A stretch of DNA of 64,000 bases from Mytilus edulis (Eukaryota): positions 23,188,001-23,252,000 of the forward strand of contig NC_092352.1 in NCBI RefSeq assembly GCF_963676685.1, in the 5' to 3' direction. The notes under the pieces are model-generated. The model was not told the origin of the DNA. It saw only the letters and a list, made by a program, of their open reading frames with translations, and did no database searches. Positions 13,501 through 28,500 of this stretch are shown piece after piece; position 1 is the first letter of the stretch, and each line of letters begins with the position of its first letter. The position numbers and the translations under genes are program-made.

Positions 13501-16500
13501 TACTTATATCCTCCATAAAAGATTCATCTTTAATCTGAGTATCAGCAAACAAAAATACCATTGGTTTTCCATCAGCTCCAGCTTTTATAAGAAGCTAAAA
13601 GAGAAATCAAAACAGCGTTTCAAACAAAACAAATAGTAGATATAGACTTTTGTTTAATAATACATACAAGTTCATTTAAATTTAAAGCATGACAATGTAA
13701 TTATTTTTTTTTATTTTGATTCAAACCATAAATATTTTTTTCTACTGTAATTGACAAGTATGTCATGACCAATTGATGTGTAAATTTCACTTTTCTGAAC
13801 AAAATTGTTTTTATGTTGGTCACATAGGTTGTTTGACTGTTCTACATACTTTCTTGACATCTTCTCTCCACTCAGTAGCAGTATAATTCTTAGTGATTTC
13901 TATCATAAACATATCAAAGTCTGCCATAAATGTGGCCAGTTTTACAGCACTCTGTCGTCCACTACCACCAATACCTACAAAATCATATCTAATAATGTAG
14001 AACTTAGTAAACTAGAGGCTCTAAAGAGCCTGTGTCGCTCACCTTGGTCTTTGTGAATATTAAACAAAGGAAGCAGATGGATTCATGACAAAATTGTGTT
14101 TTGGTGATGGTGATGTGTTTGTACATCTTACTTTGCTGAACAGTCTTACAATTATCTCTATCTATAATGAACTTGGCCCAGTAGTTTCAGTGGAAAATGT
14201 TAATAAAAATTTACAAATTTTAAGAAAATTGTTCAAAATTGACTATAAAGGACAATAACTCCTTAGGCGGTCAATTGACCATTTCGGTAATGCTGACTTG
14301 TTTGTAAATCTTACTTTGCTGAACATTATTGCTGTTTACAGTTTATCTCTATCTATAATAATATTCGAGATAATAACCAAAAACAGAAAAATTTCCTTAA
14401 AATTACCGATTCAGGGGCAGCAACCCAACAATGGGTTGTCCGATTCATCTGAAAAACGGGTTGTCCGATTCATCTGAAAATTGGCAGATAGATTTTGACC
14501 TGATAAACAATTTAACTCATGTCAGATTTGCTCTAAATGCTTTGGTTTTTGAGTTATAAGCCAAAAACTGCATTTTACCCCTATGTTCTATTTTTAGCTA
14601 TGGCGGCCATCTTGGTTGGTTGGCCGGGTCACGCCACACATTTTTAAAACTAGATACCCCAAAGATGATTGTGGTCAAGTTTGGATTAATTTGGCCCAGT
14701 AGTTTCATAGGAGAAGATTTTTGTAAAAGTTAACGACGACGGACGACGACGCCGGACGCAAAGTGATGGGAAAAGCTCACTTGGCCCTTTGGGCCAGGTG
14801 AGCTAAAAAAGGTCACATTAAAAAAACATCCCTACTAACAGAATGTGATGTTAAGAGCAAGGTTGATCATTTAAGTTTTTTTCCTTTATTTTTAAAATTA
14901 TAAAAAAAAAAAACATTTTTCCTCTATGTTCTTTAAATTTAAATTTAAAGAACACATTATCAGAATAAAAAAAAATACAGCACAGCATCCTTTTTTAAGC
15001 TATAATGCATCAATTCTGCACTAGAATTACTGGACAATAAATGCTGGATAATGAGACATACGAAAAAAAAGTGTTTAGACTCATTGGTGGCCTACGTTTT
15101 TTTAATTTTTGTTGCTCTTTGGTCGAGTTGTTGTCTCTCTAATACATTCCCAATTTCCATTCTCTATCTTATTATTTATAGTTATACATACCAACAAGTA
15201 ACATGTGACCATTATCCTGAAGTAATACTCGACAGACACGAGATATGTGTTCAATGGCAAATTTAAACATAACTAGTCTCATTGGTGCCTTACTGATCAT
15301 GTTGTATTCATCTAAATAGCTGTAAAAATATAGAAATATAAAGATAGGTATGTGAACCATATATACTTAAACTGTATGCCTCAGCAAAATATAAAACAGA
15401 TAAAAAAATTCATACAACCCTAAAAATTCTTTCAATTTGACATTTTCTTCCCAAATTTTTTGGGTGAATTTATTACATATTTTAATTGGCACAATTTCTA
15501 TCATAATGACAAATGAAATGAAAACCAAACAACAAATTTCCATGTCTTTAAATTGAAATCTAATATAAATGTTACACAAATAAACAATTGAATACCAACT
15601 CTCTATGTTATATAAGACTTACTTTTCTATGACTTCTGTTAATTGTTTTAAGTCTGTAACTTCATCATACACTTTATTTTCAGCAATCATGTAATCTCCA
15701 AAGAACAAACTACGAATGTTTTCATCTACAACAGTTCCGCTAGCTGATAAATGTCCAAGGATTTTATCTATGTTCATTTTAAAACTGTTTGAACATTGTT
15801 CCTTCACTATCTTGAAAAACATTTCCCTGAAAAAAAATTAAGAATTATCTTTTGTTTTTTCTTCTACACATTGCATTTGGTGTGTTTTTCTTTTATAGAC
15901 TGCATCTGTTGTCTTTTCTATATAATATTGCATTCAGTTATATATGAAAACATGAACCTCATTCAGTTTTCCAATATATGTATCTGTAGAAGCAGTGATA
16001 GCAATATAAAACAATCCAATACTATTGATACAGAATACATTACATTTCTTGCATTGAAATATAGTGATTTCCAAGTCAAATAAAAACTAAAATAAACTTT
16101 GTCATAAAACTTTGGGTGATTATCAACAAAGTGACATCAAAACCAATTTAAATTTAAGGAGATGTAGGATAGCTATTCTATTGCAACACAAAACATTATT
16201 CTACCAAAACATACATCTAATATTAAAAAAAAAAGCTTCTCTCAAACTATTTTATAATCAATAATCAATATTGGACTTTGAAATTGTTATACATGCTTGA
16301 TGGTAGAAAATTCACATACAGTGATAGATTACAATGCCCCTGACAAAAACATTTCAATATATTCAAAATTTGCAATATCAAAATAATTGTTGGAAAAAAT
16401 CCTTGATTTTACCTATCTTCATGATCAATAAGACGATCATAGAATACTCTGTAAACTTCATGCACCCACAAACGCATAAGTTTATCTGCTTCCTGTAAAT

Positions 16501-19500
16501 GGGTTGAAGGCACTAGCAGTACACCTCTAATTACACGAGCAAAGTCTCTCAAATTGAACACGTAATGACTCTTAGCTGGAGTTGGAAGGAAATTTAAAAC
16601 AGCTTCCTTGTATACTCCCATTGTAGCGGCTACCAATAACTGAAATAGTACAGTAAAGATTGAATATTTAATTTTTAAAAAAAAGTTCGGACTTATGTTC
16701 CATGATCAGAAGCTAGAATATTTTTACACTTTAATCCTTCACATCATTTCCTAACTCCCATTGTTCCATGTTTTCTAATTATTTCTTATTTCTATACATG
16801 TAACACTTTTAAGTATCTAATTGGTTTTTCAATGGATGTTTTAAGTTACCAAAAATCAATAAATCAATCTAACATGGGTTTCTGTATCAAAATCTCAATT
16901 TGAAAAAGAAAGGTACTAAATCACATTTTTAATATCACATCAAAGCAAGCAAACATTTAATTTTTTTTAAGGAGATGGATAAAAAACAAGAATGTGTCCC
17001 TAGTACATAGATGCCCCATCCGCACTATCATTTTCTACGTTCAGTGGACTGTGAAAATGGGGTAAAAACTCTAATTTGGCATTAAAATTAGAAAGATCAT
17101 ATCATAGGGAACATGTGTACTAAGTTTCAAGTTAATTGGACTTCAACTTCATCGAAAACTACTTTGACAAAAAAACTTGAGAAGGAATAGACGGACAAAT
17201 GAACGAACAGATGGATGAACGGACGCACAGACAAAAAACATAATGCCCATAAATTGGGTATAAAAAAAATCTCATGATTTATTTTCAAATGAAATTAGCA
17301 AGGTTAAATTATCTAGATTTTTTTTACTTCCAATAATAATCTTACCTTTCCATTCCTTACAAACGATCCTTCAAAATTGGCAAAATGCCAATCTGTTATT
17401 GATGTAAAAATTCTGGTCATTGTTGAATCATCAAATTCATTTATTGATACAACATTCAAATGTCTGGTAAAACGACTTGTAATATCGTTCCTACCTCCAC
17501 CAGGTGGACCCATAGCTGCTACAAGTAGCTGAAAAATATTTTTATTTTGTGACAATTTACTTTACAAAAGTGGAAATACAGTTCTCATTCATTTGTGTGA
17601 TTATCTATGCAACATTTGAAGTAAATTTCAAATTCAACAATATTATAGAAAACTTCTATCCACGAAGTCACAATAAATGTTATTATAGCATCAGAGAGGT
17701 TACATGAAAATACAAAGATTTTGGTTTTCAGCCTTGAAATCATTAAAAGACATATCATTTTAAATATCCTATATACCTATCAATTATTTTATACAAAACA
17801 ATACTTCATGCTTAAGTAAAATTGTGCCATTAGCACACTTTCTGAATTGCAAAGTTATAGGAATTTGTAAGATTTTTGTCTGATACATACCACGTCTGTT
17901 AGGAAAACTTTAGTTGTATCTTTTCTGTCATACCAATGTCCATGATCTAACCACTGCCTCAATAACTCTATAGGAGGCTGAGCTCCGTACTTCTCTTTAG
18001 CTGGCATGTTCAGGTCATCAACAAATGTGACAGATTTCTTTCCCATTGGTGGACCAAACACTCCTTTTCTTCTCCTGATAATTGTATGGTTTTTTTTCAT
18101 CATTAGAAAGGTAATTCATACTTTAATTTTCCAGAGCAATTAAAATATAATATGATACCAATATTGGTTTAAAAGATTCAGGAAAAGTTTTTTTGAAATG
18201 TTATGTAAATGAGGCCAAAAGTTACCATACATGTTGAATGGTATATATAGTCTTCTGAGTGCAGGATAATAATACATAAACATTTCTCACATTGTTAAAG
18301 ACCCAATGGTAGCCTTTCGGCTGTTTTCTGCTCTTTGGTCGGGTTGTTGGCTTTTTGTCACATTCCCTATTTCCATTCTAATTTTTTTTCACTTAGATCA
18401 ATAATTTTACTCTTACCTGTCAAGTTTAGCCATTACAATATCTTGTGTTTGATTGGCTGATGTTCTGGCTGAGAAATTGATACAGTTTGGCATATACCTA
18501 TAAACATACAACAAAAAATGTAGAATTTCTTCAAGTAAATATTTTTTTTAATGTTTCAAGTATTGTATAAACATTAAAATTAACAAAATCAAAGGAAAAT
18601 CAAATTTGAATTGTAATGTGTAACTGAGAACCAGTATCCTTAAATATATATTAAAAAAGAAGATGTGGTATAATTGCCAATGAGACAAATCACCACGAGA
18701 CCAAAATGACACAGAAATTAACAACTATAGGTCAACTATGAGGTCTTAAGACATGCAGATGAAATCAAAGGCTCAGAATACTCCAATAGTCTCCCTTTGT
18801 GGCAAACTAGGCAGTTGAAATCCGAAAGAAGACAGGAAACCACAAAAAGATAATAATTTAGTGTTACTATGGGCTATAAATTAGATATATGTTATTTTTT
18901 TCCATTAAAAAGGCTTTTTTTCTCAAATCAATGATAAAACTTACAGGTCTTTAGGTAGATCTAGAAGGAAGCCATTTGTAATAGCAGATTTTCCTGTACC
19001 AGTAGGCCCAACAAACAACATGGGCTGTGAATGTGGAAGGTATGTAGTCAGGAAGAAAGCTTGTCTGGCTGTGTCTGTGGTCTGTATAATTACTTCATTA
19101 ATCTACAAAAATATACAAATATGAGAAACATGGGAGTTAGTTCAGTTATTAAGTTTGTCAGTAACATATGTATACAACTTTGAGGAAACTACGAAGGATT
19201 GTCTGCACTGTTAGCCACTAGTCCAATGAACCAGACTAGTAAATGTTTAATCTAACTAGTAAGTAAGACACATACAAAAAATGATTGAAAATTGGTCTTT
19301 GGTCTAGTTGTCAGAAAAGATTTTGGTTATCTGTATACAAGTAAACATTACTTCTTAACAATTAAATGATTTTCTCAAAATATCTTGTGTAATTTATACT
19401 TCGTAAGCATCTGTAATGCTGGGATAGTCTCATCCGACCATGCAAGGGCTGTATAGCCAGTCAAGGTCATTAAAAAATTCCATTTGTTGTAGATAGTCTT

Positions 19501-22500
19501 ACCTTTGCATCCTTTGGAATTATCAGTTTATTTTTATCTAATGTGTCCATCCATTCAATCCAGTTACCACTGGCTTTCTTCTCAAAGCAGAAATCATATA
19601 TTGAGGATCTCTCTGGAATCATGTTACTCTGAAATCATCAAACAAAAAATAGTTTTATTTATGCACTGAATTTTTAAATGTTTCCGCATAATTTATCAAC
19701 CATCATATAACTTATATTACAAATAAAATGGCAAACTACATAAATTATATGTTCTACATTAAAAAAAAATATTCAAATTATGTGTGAGAAATTTGATCTT
19801 GTGAAGCATGTCAAAACACTGCAATTTTACGCAAGAAAAGTAAAAAGAGAAATTCCAGAACATGATGCAGTAATTCTATATAGAGTGACGAGTTTAATTG
19901 GTGACAAACCTTGGTAATTTTATATAGAGTGACGAGTTTAATTGGTGACAAACCTTGGTAATTTATATAGAGTGACGAGTTTAATTGGTGACAAACCTTG
20001 GTAATTTTATATAGAGTGACGAGTTTAATTGGTGACAAACCTTGGTAATTTTATATAGAGTGACGAGTTTAATTGGTGACAAACCTTGGTAATTTTATAT
20101 AGAGTGACGGGTTTAATTGGTGACAAACCTTGGTAATTTTATATAGAGTGACGAGTTTAATTGGTGACAAACCTTGGTAATTTATATAGAGTGACGAGTT
20201 TAATTGGTGACAAACCTTGGTAATTTTATATAGAGTGACGAGTTTAATTGGTAACAAACCTTGGTCATTTTATATAGAGCGACGAGTTTAATTGGTGACA
20301 AACCTTGCTAATTTTATATAGAGTGACGACTTTAATTGGTGACAAACCTTGGTAATTTTATATAGAGTGACGAGTTTAATTGGTGACTAACCTTGGTAAT
20401 TTTATATAGAGTGACGGGTTTAATTGGTGACAAACCTTGGTAATTTTATATAGAGTGACGAGTTTAATTGGTGACAAACCTTGGTAATTTATATAGAGTG
20501 ACGAGTTTAATTGGTAACAAACCTTGGTAATTTTATATAATGTGACGAGTTTAATTGGTAACAAACCTTGGTAATTTTATATAGAGTGACGAGTTTAATT
20601 GGTGACAAACCTTGGTAATTTTATATAGAGTGACAAGTTTAATTGGTGACAAACCTTGGTAATTTTATATAGAGTGACGAGTTTAATTGGTGACAAACCT
20701 TGGTAATTTATATAGAGTGACGAGTTTAATTGGTGACAAACCTTGGTAATTTTATATAGAGTGACGAGTTTAATTGGTAACAAACCTTGGTCATTTTATA
20801 TAGAGTGACGAGTTTAATTGGTAACAAACCTTGGTCATTTTATATAGAGTGACGAGTTTAATTGGTGACAAACCTTGGTCATTTTATATAGAGTGACGAG
20901 TTTAATTGGTGACAAACCTTGGTCATTTTACATAGAGTGACGAGTTTAATTGGTGACAAACCTTGGTAATTTTATATAGAGTGACGAGTTCAATTGGTAA
21001 CAAACCTTGGTAATTTTATACAGAGTGACGAGTTTAATTGGTAACAAACCTTGGTAATTTTATATAGAGTGACGAGTTCGATTGGTAACAAACCTTGGTA
21101 ATTTTATATAGAGTGACGAGTTCGATTGGTGACAAACCTTGGTAATTTTATATAGAGTGACGAGTTTAATTGGTGACAAACCTTGGTAATTTTATATAGA
21201 GTGACGAGTTTAATTGGTGACAAACCTTGGTAATTTTATAGAGTGACGAGTTTAATTGGTAACAAACCTTGGTAATTTTATATAGAGTGAGGAGTTTAAT
21301 TGGTGACAAACCTTGGTAATTTTATATAGAGTGATGAGTTCGATTGGTGACAAACATTGGTAATTTTATATAGAGTGACGAGTTCGATTGGTGACAAACC
21401 TTGGTAATTTTATATAGAGTGACGAGTTCAATTGGTGACAAACCTTGGTCATTTTATATAGAGTGAGGAGTTTAATTGGTAACAAACCTTGGTAATTTTA
21501 TATAGAGTGACGAGTTTAATTGGTGACAAACCTTGGTCATTTTATATAGAGTGAGGAGTTTAATTGGTAACAAACCTTGGTCATTTTATATAGAATGACG
21601 AGTTTAATTGGTGACAAACCTTGGTAATTTTGATGCTAGAAATATTTTGCAAGTATAATGAGATTCCAGAACTTAAGGCAGTCAGTTTTTAGATTGTATT
21701 TTATTGTAAACAAACCTTTGTAATTTTGATTGACTTTGGTTTTGGATGATCAGGATCTACACCACTGACAATATTTCTGAAGAACGTATCAAACAGTTTA
21801 CGTCCATCATCAGCAACAGTTCCTCCTACAGTCCAGATCAAGGAGAACAAAAACAATCCTTGTAACCATAATGTTATCTGAAATATAAACCAGTTATTGT
21901 CATCTCTTAGTATAAATAATATAACAAATGACATTCTTCAGCAAAAACTTGAAGTAAGTTAATGCATAATCATCCAATTAATACTGTATAGAAATTTATT
22001 TTTAACTGCCATTATATTAGTTTTCCAAATTTAAAGTGTGAAATCCATACATATATGTTGATTTGTATTTCATATTTCCAATATTAATTTACATAGTGTG
22101 ATTTTCTTCTTCACTTTATTGCCAAACCAAGCAATGTTTTTTTTAATTGTGAGGATATTTGAGAGAAGTAGGAGCTACATAAATCACAATTTCCTCAACT
22201 TTATTTCCTGTTTTATTTAAGGAATGACTAATATTTGTTCTGTCTATGAAGAAATAACATAAAAAATGTGATGTACACTGAATAACCCACATAGAGTCTT
22301 ATTTCAAAGTGTGCACCACATTTTTTTATGTTATTTCCAATAGACAGTTAAATATTATAGTCATTCCTTATAATTTAATTCTAAATTCCATTTCAAGCCG
22401 TGAGCAAACTAGGAAAAAATGTTGATGACGTCACGGTTACAATTTTTTTTTACATCTACGAGCTGATAGACATAACACTGTCAGTCAATAAAAGACGTGT

Positions 22501-25500
22501 TACATCCAAAATTAAATTATTGAAATATAAACACAAATGAACACTGAAATATTTCTTATATAAAACTGTACCTGTTGTTTAGTAAGTATATCTGTTTGTT
22601 CTTCTTCTCCATCACTTTTTTCCATTTTGACACATGTATCTTTAATCTCGTCCAATAGACATGTATACAGCCTCATCAAAGACTGAACCAGATGCATGTC
22701 TGATGTCGTCATAAACACTTTACATTTCTTATGAATAAAGTATAAGCATGGGTCAATTAACCACTCAAACAAGTCATTCACTAGGTCTTTATCCTCCTGT
22801 GATAAGTTATGGGGAAGTTCATACATCATGTACGATTCTTTAAATGGTCTCCAGCCCAGCTGGTGGGGTTCTAAGTAGATCATACCACATCTACTGACGG
22901 TAGCAGGGGAAGCCTGTTCTAAATCGGCAGGCTCAAATATCAGGTTCATAACATTAGACATCTGAATGATTTCACCACTCATCAAACACAGCTGTAAAAA
23001 AACACAATACAGTCATTTTAGATATCTCACTTCATAATAACACCAGCAATTCATTTAACATTGTCTATAAAAAGACTATCAATATAACAACTGTCATTAT
23101 CTGCTATCCTTTATTTTTCACGGTCTCTTTCCTTATTGTCATAAGATTGTGACTTTAATGTGCAGTTCTTGGATATAGAACAGTTTGAAATTTTCTAAAT
23201 TAAATCCTATTTTTAATACATTTTTATACATGATAGTGAAGAATGTTTTTTGTAAAAAATAAATAGAAATTTATAAACCTTTTTGTTGTCATCCAATACA
23301 GTGTTCATGTTTTCTATCCACACAGCATCCACAGGTCCATCAAATAGAATCCACTTCCTGTCATCATTTGGATTACTGGCATATTCTCTGAATGTATTAG
23401 CAAGTACACCTGGAACATAAAAATATGTCTTATCACTGTTATGATCATCTAAAATTTGCAATATTAGATAATTTTTAATCATTTTACTTTTAAATAGTTG
23501 CATTACAAATATCTGCACAAATGCTATAAAAACAGGTACAACATTTCATGTTTAGTTTATGCTGTAAAGTTTGAGTAAAAAAGTCAATAAAAACAAAGAA
23601 CTCTTCTTTATTTTTTTTGGTGCCTCAACTTATCATTTAACTCTTATCACACAAATGTATGATCAAATCCTGGTTAAAAATTCAAGTTCCAAGCAGAATA
23701 TCAAACATATGCAAAATTACAATTAAATTCAATAAATATAATACCATCAGTCCATTCATGAGATACGGGATCAAAACATCCATACAGCTGGCCCATGGTG
23801 ATAGCTTTAGGGTTGATTATTCTGTATATTGTCTTAAACTCAGGGTACTGTCCTGAGGCATGTAGATCTGAGAGGGCATCGGCTAACACTTGCCATCCCT
23901 GTGTTTTACCACCTAATGGTTCTCCTACTATCATCAAACCATGCCGTACCAAAATCATCTCATATACCTGTCAAATACATTATTCATTTCATTAATTTTC
24001 AATTGTGAAAACACTGAAAAGACTCTGAACCTGTATAGAAAACTTACATTTTTATGTGTATTATTGTATCAGGACCTAAGATAAGTCAATGGAATTTCAT
24101 AAGCTAACATATCATATCTATTAATGGATATTGGATTCCAATTGTGGTATAAATGAATATATTACATAGCAACATTATAATTCACTCAAAAAATTTGATT
24201 TGCAACATTTTAGCATATTGCATGAGTGCAATTATAGCTTCAAATTATCGACATCATCTGAACGAATAATTTATACAGTTTATCAAGCTTCTTTCTCTAT
24301 ACAATACATGGGTTATTGCATAAATATTGTTAATTTTTAACAATCAATCTCTCAGATCTTAGTTTATACTTAATTAAACAGTTAATCACTAAAATAACTC
24401 TTAAAAAATGTCATCAAAAGTTACAGTAAATAATTATAACAATTATCACCTGAATAATTTTATCCAAGAACCAAGGATGTGGTTGTAGATGCCTCTTGAC
24501 TGTATTGTCTTTAAGCGCCTCCATGAATAAACCATAATCAGGCTTAGGGCATTCCACACCAGGGAACAGATCTGAAATAATACCCTCAAACAGAGGTACG
24601 TCCTGGGCTAAGAATTTAGGAAGATTGACATCCATGATGGCTTTCAGCAGAAGGACTGGTTCCTCTTCTTCTAAGTACTTGAGTTTGAGGTTACCAGCAG
24701 CAGTCAATACAGATTTAACAGCTCTCATTCCATAATCATAATGGTGCTGTGATGACAATTGTTCAGAACACAATGTGTATACTGCTACAATTTTGTTTGC
24801 CAAACTGAAATCGAAAGTTGAATTAAAAATAAAGAATAATGAAGATTTCAACCATTCTGTTAAGAAAATATCATAAAATCTATCATTTCATCATCCATAA
24901 TTTCTCTTTAGTAAAACAGCTTATTGGACATAACACATGGCTTAACTTAATTCACAATGTTAGTTTTCTATGTTATAATTTTTCAAATCTTGTCATCCTG
25001 GGGCCTTTAATAGCTTACAATATAGTATGTGTAATGCTCATTGTTGAAGGCCATACAGAGACCTGTAATTGTTTACACTCTTGTCCATGGGTCTTTGGTG
25101 GATAGATTTAAAAAATACAAGAATGTGTCCATAGTACATGGATGCCCCATCCCCACTATCATTTTCTATGTTCAGTGGACCGTGAAATTTGGGTAAAACC
25201 CTAATTTGACATTAAAATTAGAAAGATCATATCATAGGGAACATGTGTACTTAGTTTAAAGTTGATTGAACTTCAACTTCATCAAAAACTACCTCGACCA
25301 ACAACTTTAAGCCAAAAACTTTAACCTGAAGCCGAACAGATGGATGGACGATGAACGGACGCATGAACCAGAAAACAAAATGTCCATAAATGGGGCATAA
25401 AAATATGTTTCACACATCTTTGAAAATCAAGCTGAAATGTAGATAAAAAGCACTATCCATGGTAAATATCTATATCTTACCTTCTGGCATCTACAAATCC

Positions 25501-28500
25501 CATAGAGTACAATGAGATCTCCCCAATCATACCATAATCTGGCACCATCATAGCTACTGTTCTGAATAATACCTGAAATAGATTGATTCAATATTGTTAT
25601 ATATAATAATTTGACTTATGATATGTATCTCTTAAATATAGTTTTATATTTCTTTCAGTGAAATAAAAAAGTATTTTTATGAAATGTTACAGATGATTTT
25701 TAACACTGCAAAACTATCAGTAATCAACATCTTTTTCATATTTATCAAAGATTACATAAGGAACAAGTTGTCTTTGGTTCTATCTATCAATAAGTTTCTA
25801 TGGTTACAGAATTTGGGTAATTTTTATGGAAGATTCGTTTGTTGTCTCTTTCATCTTTAATTACAACTTGTCTAAACTTGGATGATTTAGTACTTATTGA
25901 CTACTAGATACTTTTGTGGTTCTTCTAATGTTTAAATACAAACCTTAAGGTTATCAGGTAACTCCTGTCGGCCAGCATAACCAGGGTTCATGGTAATAAA
26001 ACATGTACAGGAAGGATTAAGAGCTAATTCTGTCCCTTCAAATATAAATCTCTTTAGTCCTGCTGCTACAGCCTGTTGGATACTAAGAATTTGTTGAGCC
26101 ACAACAGACAATACTTCCAACTCTATACGATTAAACTCATCAAAACATGCCCATGCACCGGCCTGGGCTAAACCTTTGAAGAATTTACCCATTGCCTTGT
26201 AATCCAAACCATCTGAACAGTTGAATACCACACACTGAAATACAAACAGATAGGAATTAGGGTATCATCTAAAAAAAATTATTTACACGAATTAAACAAA
26301 GAAAACACTTTAGCTTCTAAATAAAATTTCAGTTGTAATAATCTTTGAAGTATATTAATCTCTAGAAAAATTTAAAAAAAAACCTTAACTAACTAAAAGT
26401 TTCCTTAATTACACTATACTTGTTCTATATTATGTTTCACAATTTTAAAATGCTGAAAAAAACAAATCTGTTAAGAAAAAATTAACTTGGAACTTTGAAA
26501 TAGAAGTTATGAGATAACTTTACCTGTTTGGCAACAGCTTTGGCTAAATCTTTACAAGTCTCTGTCTTCCCTGTACCTGCTGGACCTTCAGGGGCTCCAC
26601 CAAGGAACAACTTCAGAGCTCCCATTAAAGTTCTGAAAACACCACAATTGTTTTGTTACAAAAAAGGTAGTTAGCTTTCTTGTTTGAATTGATTTATGTG
26701 GGTGCCTTAATAGCTGATTCTACTGCATTTGTTTTTCTCATTGTTAAAGGACGAAACAGTGGCCTCAAATTGCTTACTACCACTTCATTTATACTCTGGT
26801 GGATAGTTGTCTAATCAGTAATCAATTTCATACAATGTTTAGTATAAACATATTTATTTGCATAAACACAAATTGTGTAAGGCACAAGTCAAACAGATAA
26901 TGTTTAATGTCAGAAACTAACACAATTTCTGAATATTACTAAGGAACCATTACCTGGAAACTGTAGGAGTTTTGCATTCATAAACCTCCTAATGTGTTAG
27001 AATAACATACAGCTGCTTTTTCAACAATACTAGAGATCAGAACACAGACAAAAATCAAGATTTATAAGTCATTAAAATATTCAACTTACTCACAGAAAAA
27101 AGCATGATACCAGAAATCAGGACATCAACTAAATGAAAAGATATTGATCATGATAGGAATCCAGAATTACCTGTAACACCTGTCTGTCAGTGGTGTAATG
27201 ACCAAACGTCCTGAGTTACCCAGATACTCATAACCATATTTGATATCTGTTGTTATCATTCTAACAATCACATCATCTTCCCAGTAATAACGTAACTGAG
27301 CTAGCCAATCAAAATCAAAGGGACTGCATACATTGTCTTTAGCCATCTGGGCAACAACGTCACGAGCTGAAAAATAGTAATAAATCTTTTTATTTTTCAA
27401 GTTAATACATCTTTTGTTTGATTTTTGTAGGTACCTATATGTTGAAGTTTAAATATTTTGTTTTATTGGGTTGCTGTTTCAATGTCAGAAAAGTGTTAAA
27501 ATGTAAGAAATTTCAAATGCGAGCATACCTTCCCGTCTGATAATTGAAGGGAACACTACATTTCAATATTAATTGTAAACCTTTCATTCCAGCAGTGTAT
27601 CTTTCATATTAACCATGCCCATATTATGTTTATAAAACATCTATTAAGAAAAAAATGTTCATTTCTCAGCAAGTGAATTGTATAAACCCATGAACCCTTT
27701 AAATTAACATACTAGCTGTATTTATATGAATATTTTGCCTCTTTGACATGCATTTATGTGACACAACCCTCATATCGTAAACCAAATTAACATATTTTTG
27801 ATAAATCATCACATGAAAACCTACCATGTACATCAATTACAGTCAAAGCTCCCAGGGTAACTCTGATTCCAGCATCTAGTTTACCTCTCACCAGTTGGAC
27901 AATCTGGTCGATCTGGCCGTTACACTTTAAATGGTATTTCTGTGAAAGAGAATATACTTTTTAATAAAAACAGGAATTATAATTTTCTACTGTTGTATAT
28001 ATCTACAAACTCTGTAACATTAGGTTTAAATCAAGGAGCTTGTTTGCTCATGTTAAAAGCTGAATTTTTTCCTTGTTTTTAATTTAACAAATCAACAACA
28101 GCATAACAAAGTGCATAACTTTAAATTGATCAAGATCCTTAACACATTATGTTACTAGAAATAAATATTTCAAAGCACAAACCTTTACTCCATCTGGTTC
28201 CTTCATTGATTCTGTTACTTCTGATGTCCACCATATAGAGCCTACACAGATGGCAACTTGTCCTGGCCAGTCTACTACCCATTGATTACGAGGTGTTGTA
28301 CTGTAGGCAGCGTTAGAGTCCATTATAACTTTACGTAAACTGCTCATCATAACATCTTCTACTTGTAACAACCATTTCTCTACCATACCCTGTCATGGAA
28401 ACAGATACATAAGTTTACACATGATATAAAAAAATGACACCAAAAATTATTGGATAAAAAAAAAATAAGTTATTAAATTATCTATCTATATGTTATGTGG

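Noticed and set aside
19811-20783. Four similar minus-strand ORFs ([14 protein letters not shown]..)
   Set aside because: They are translations of the 44-bp minisatellite, not a gene family.
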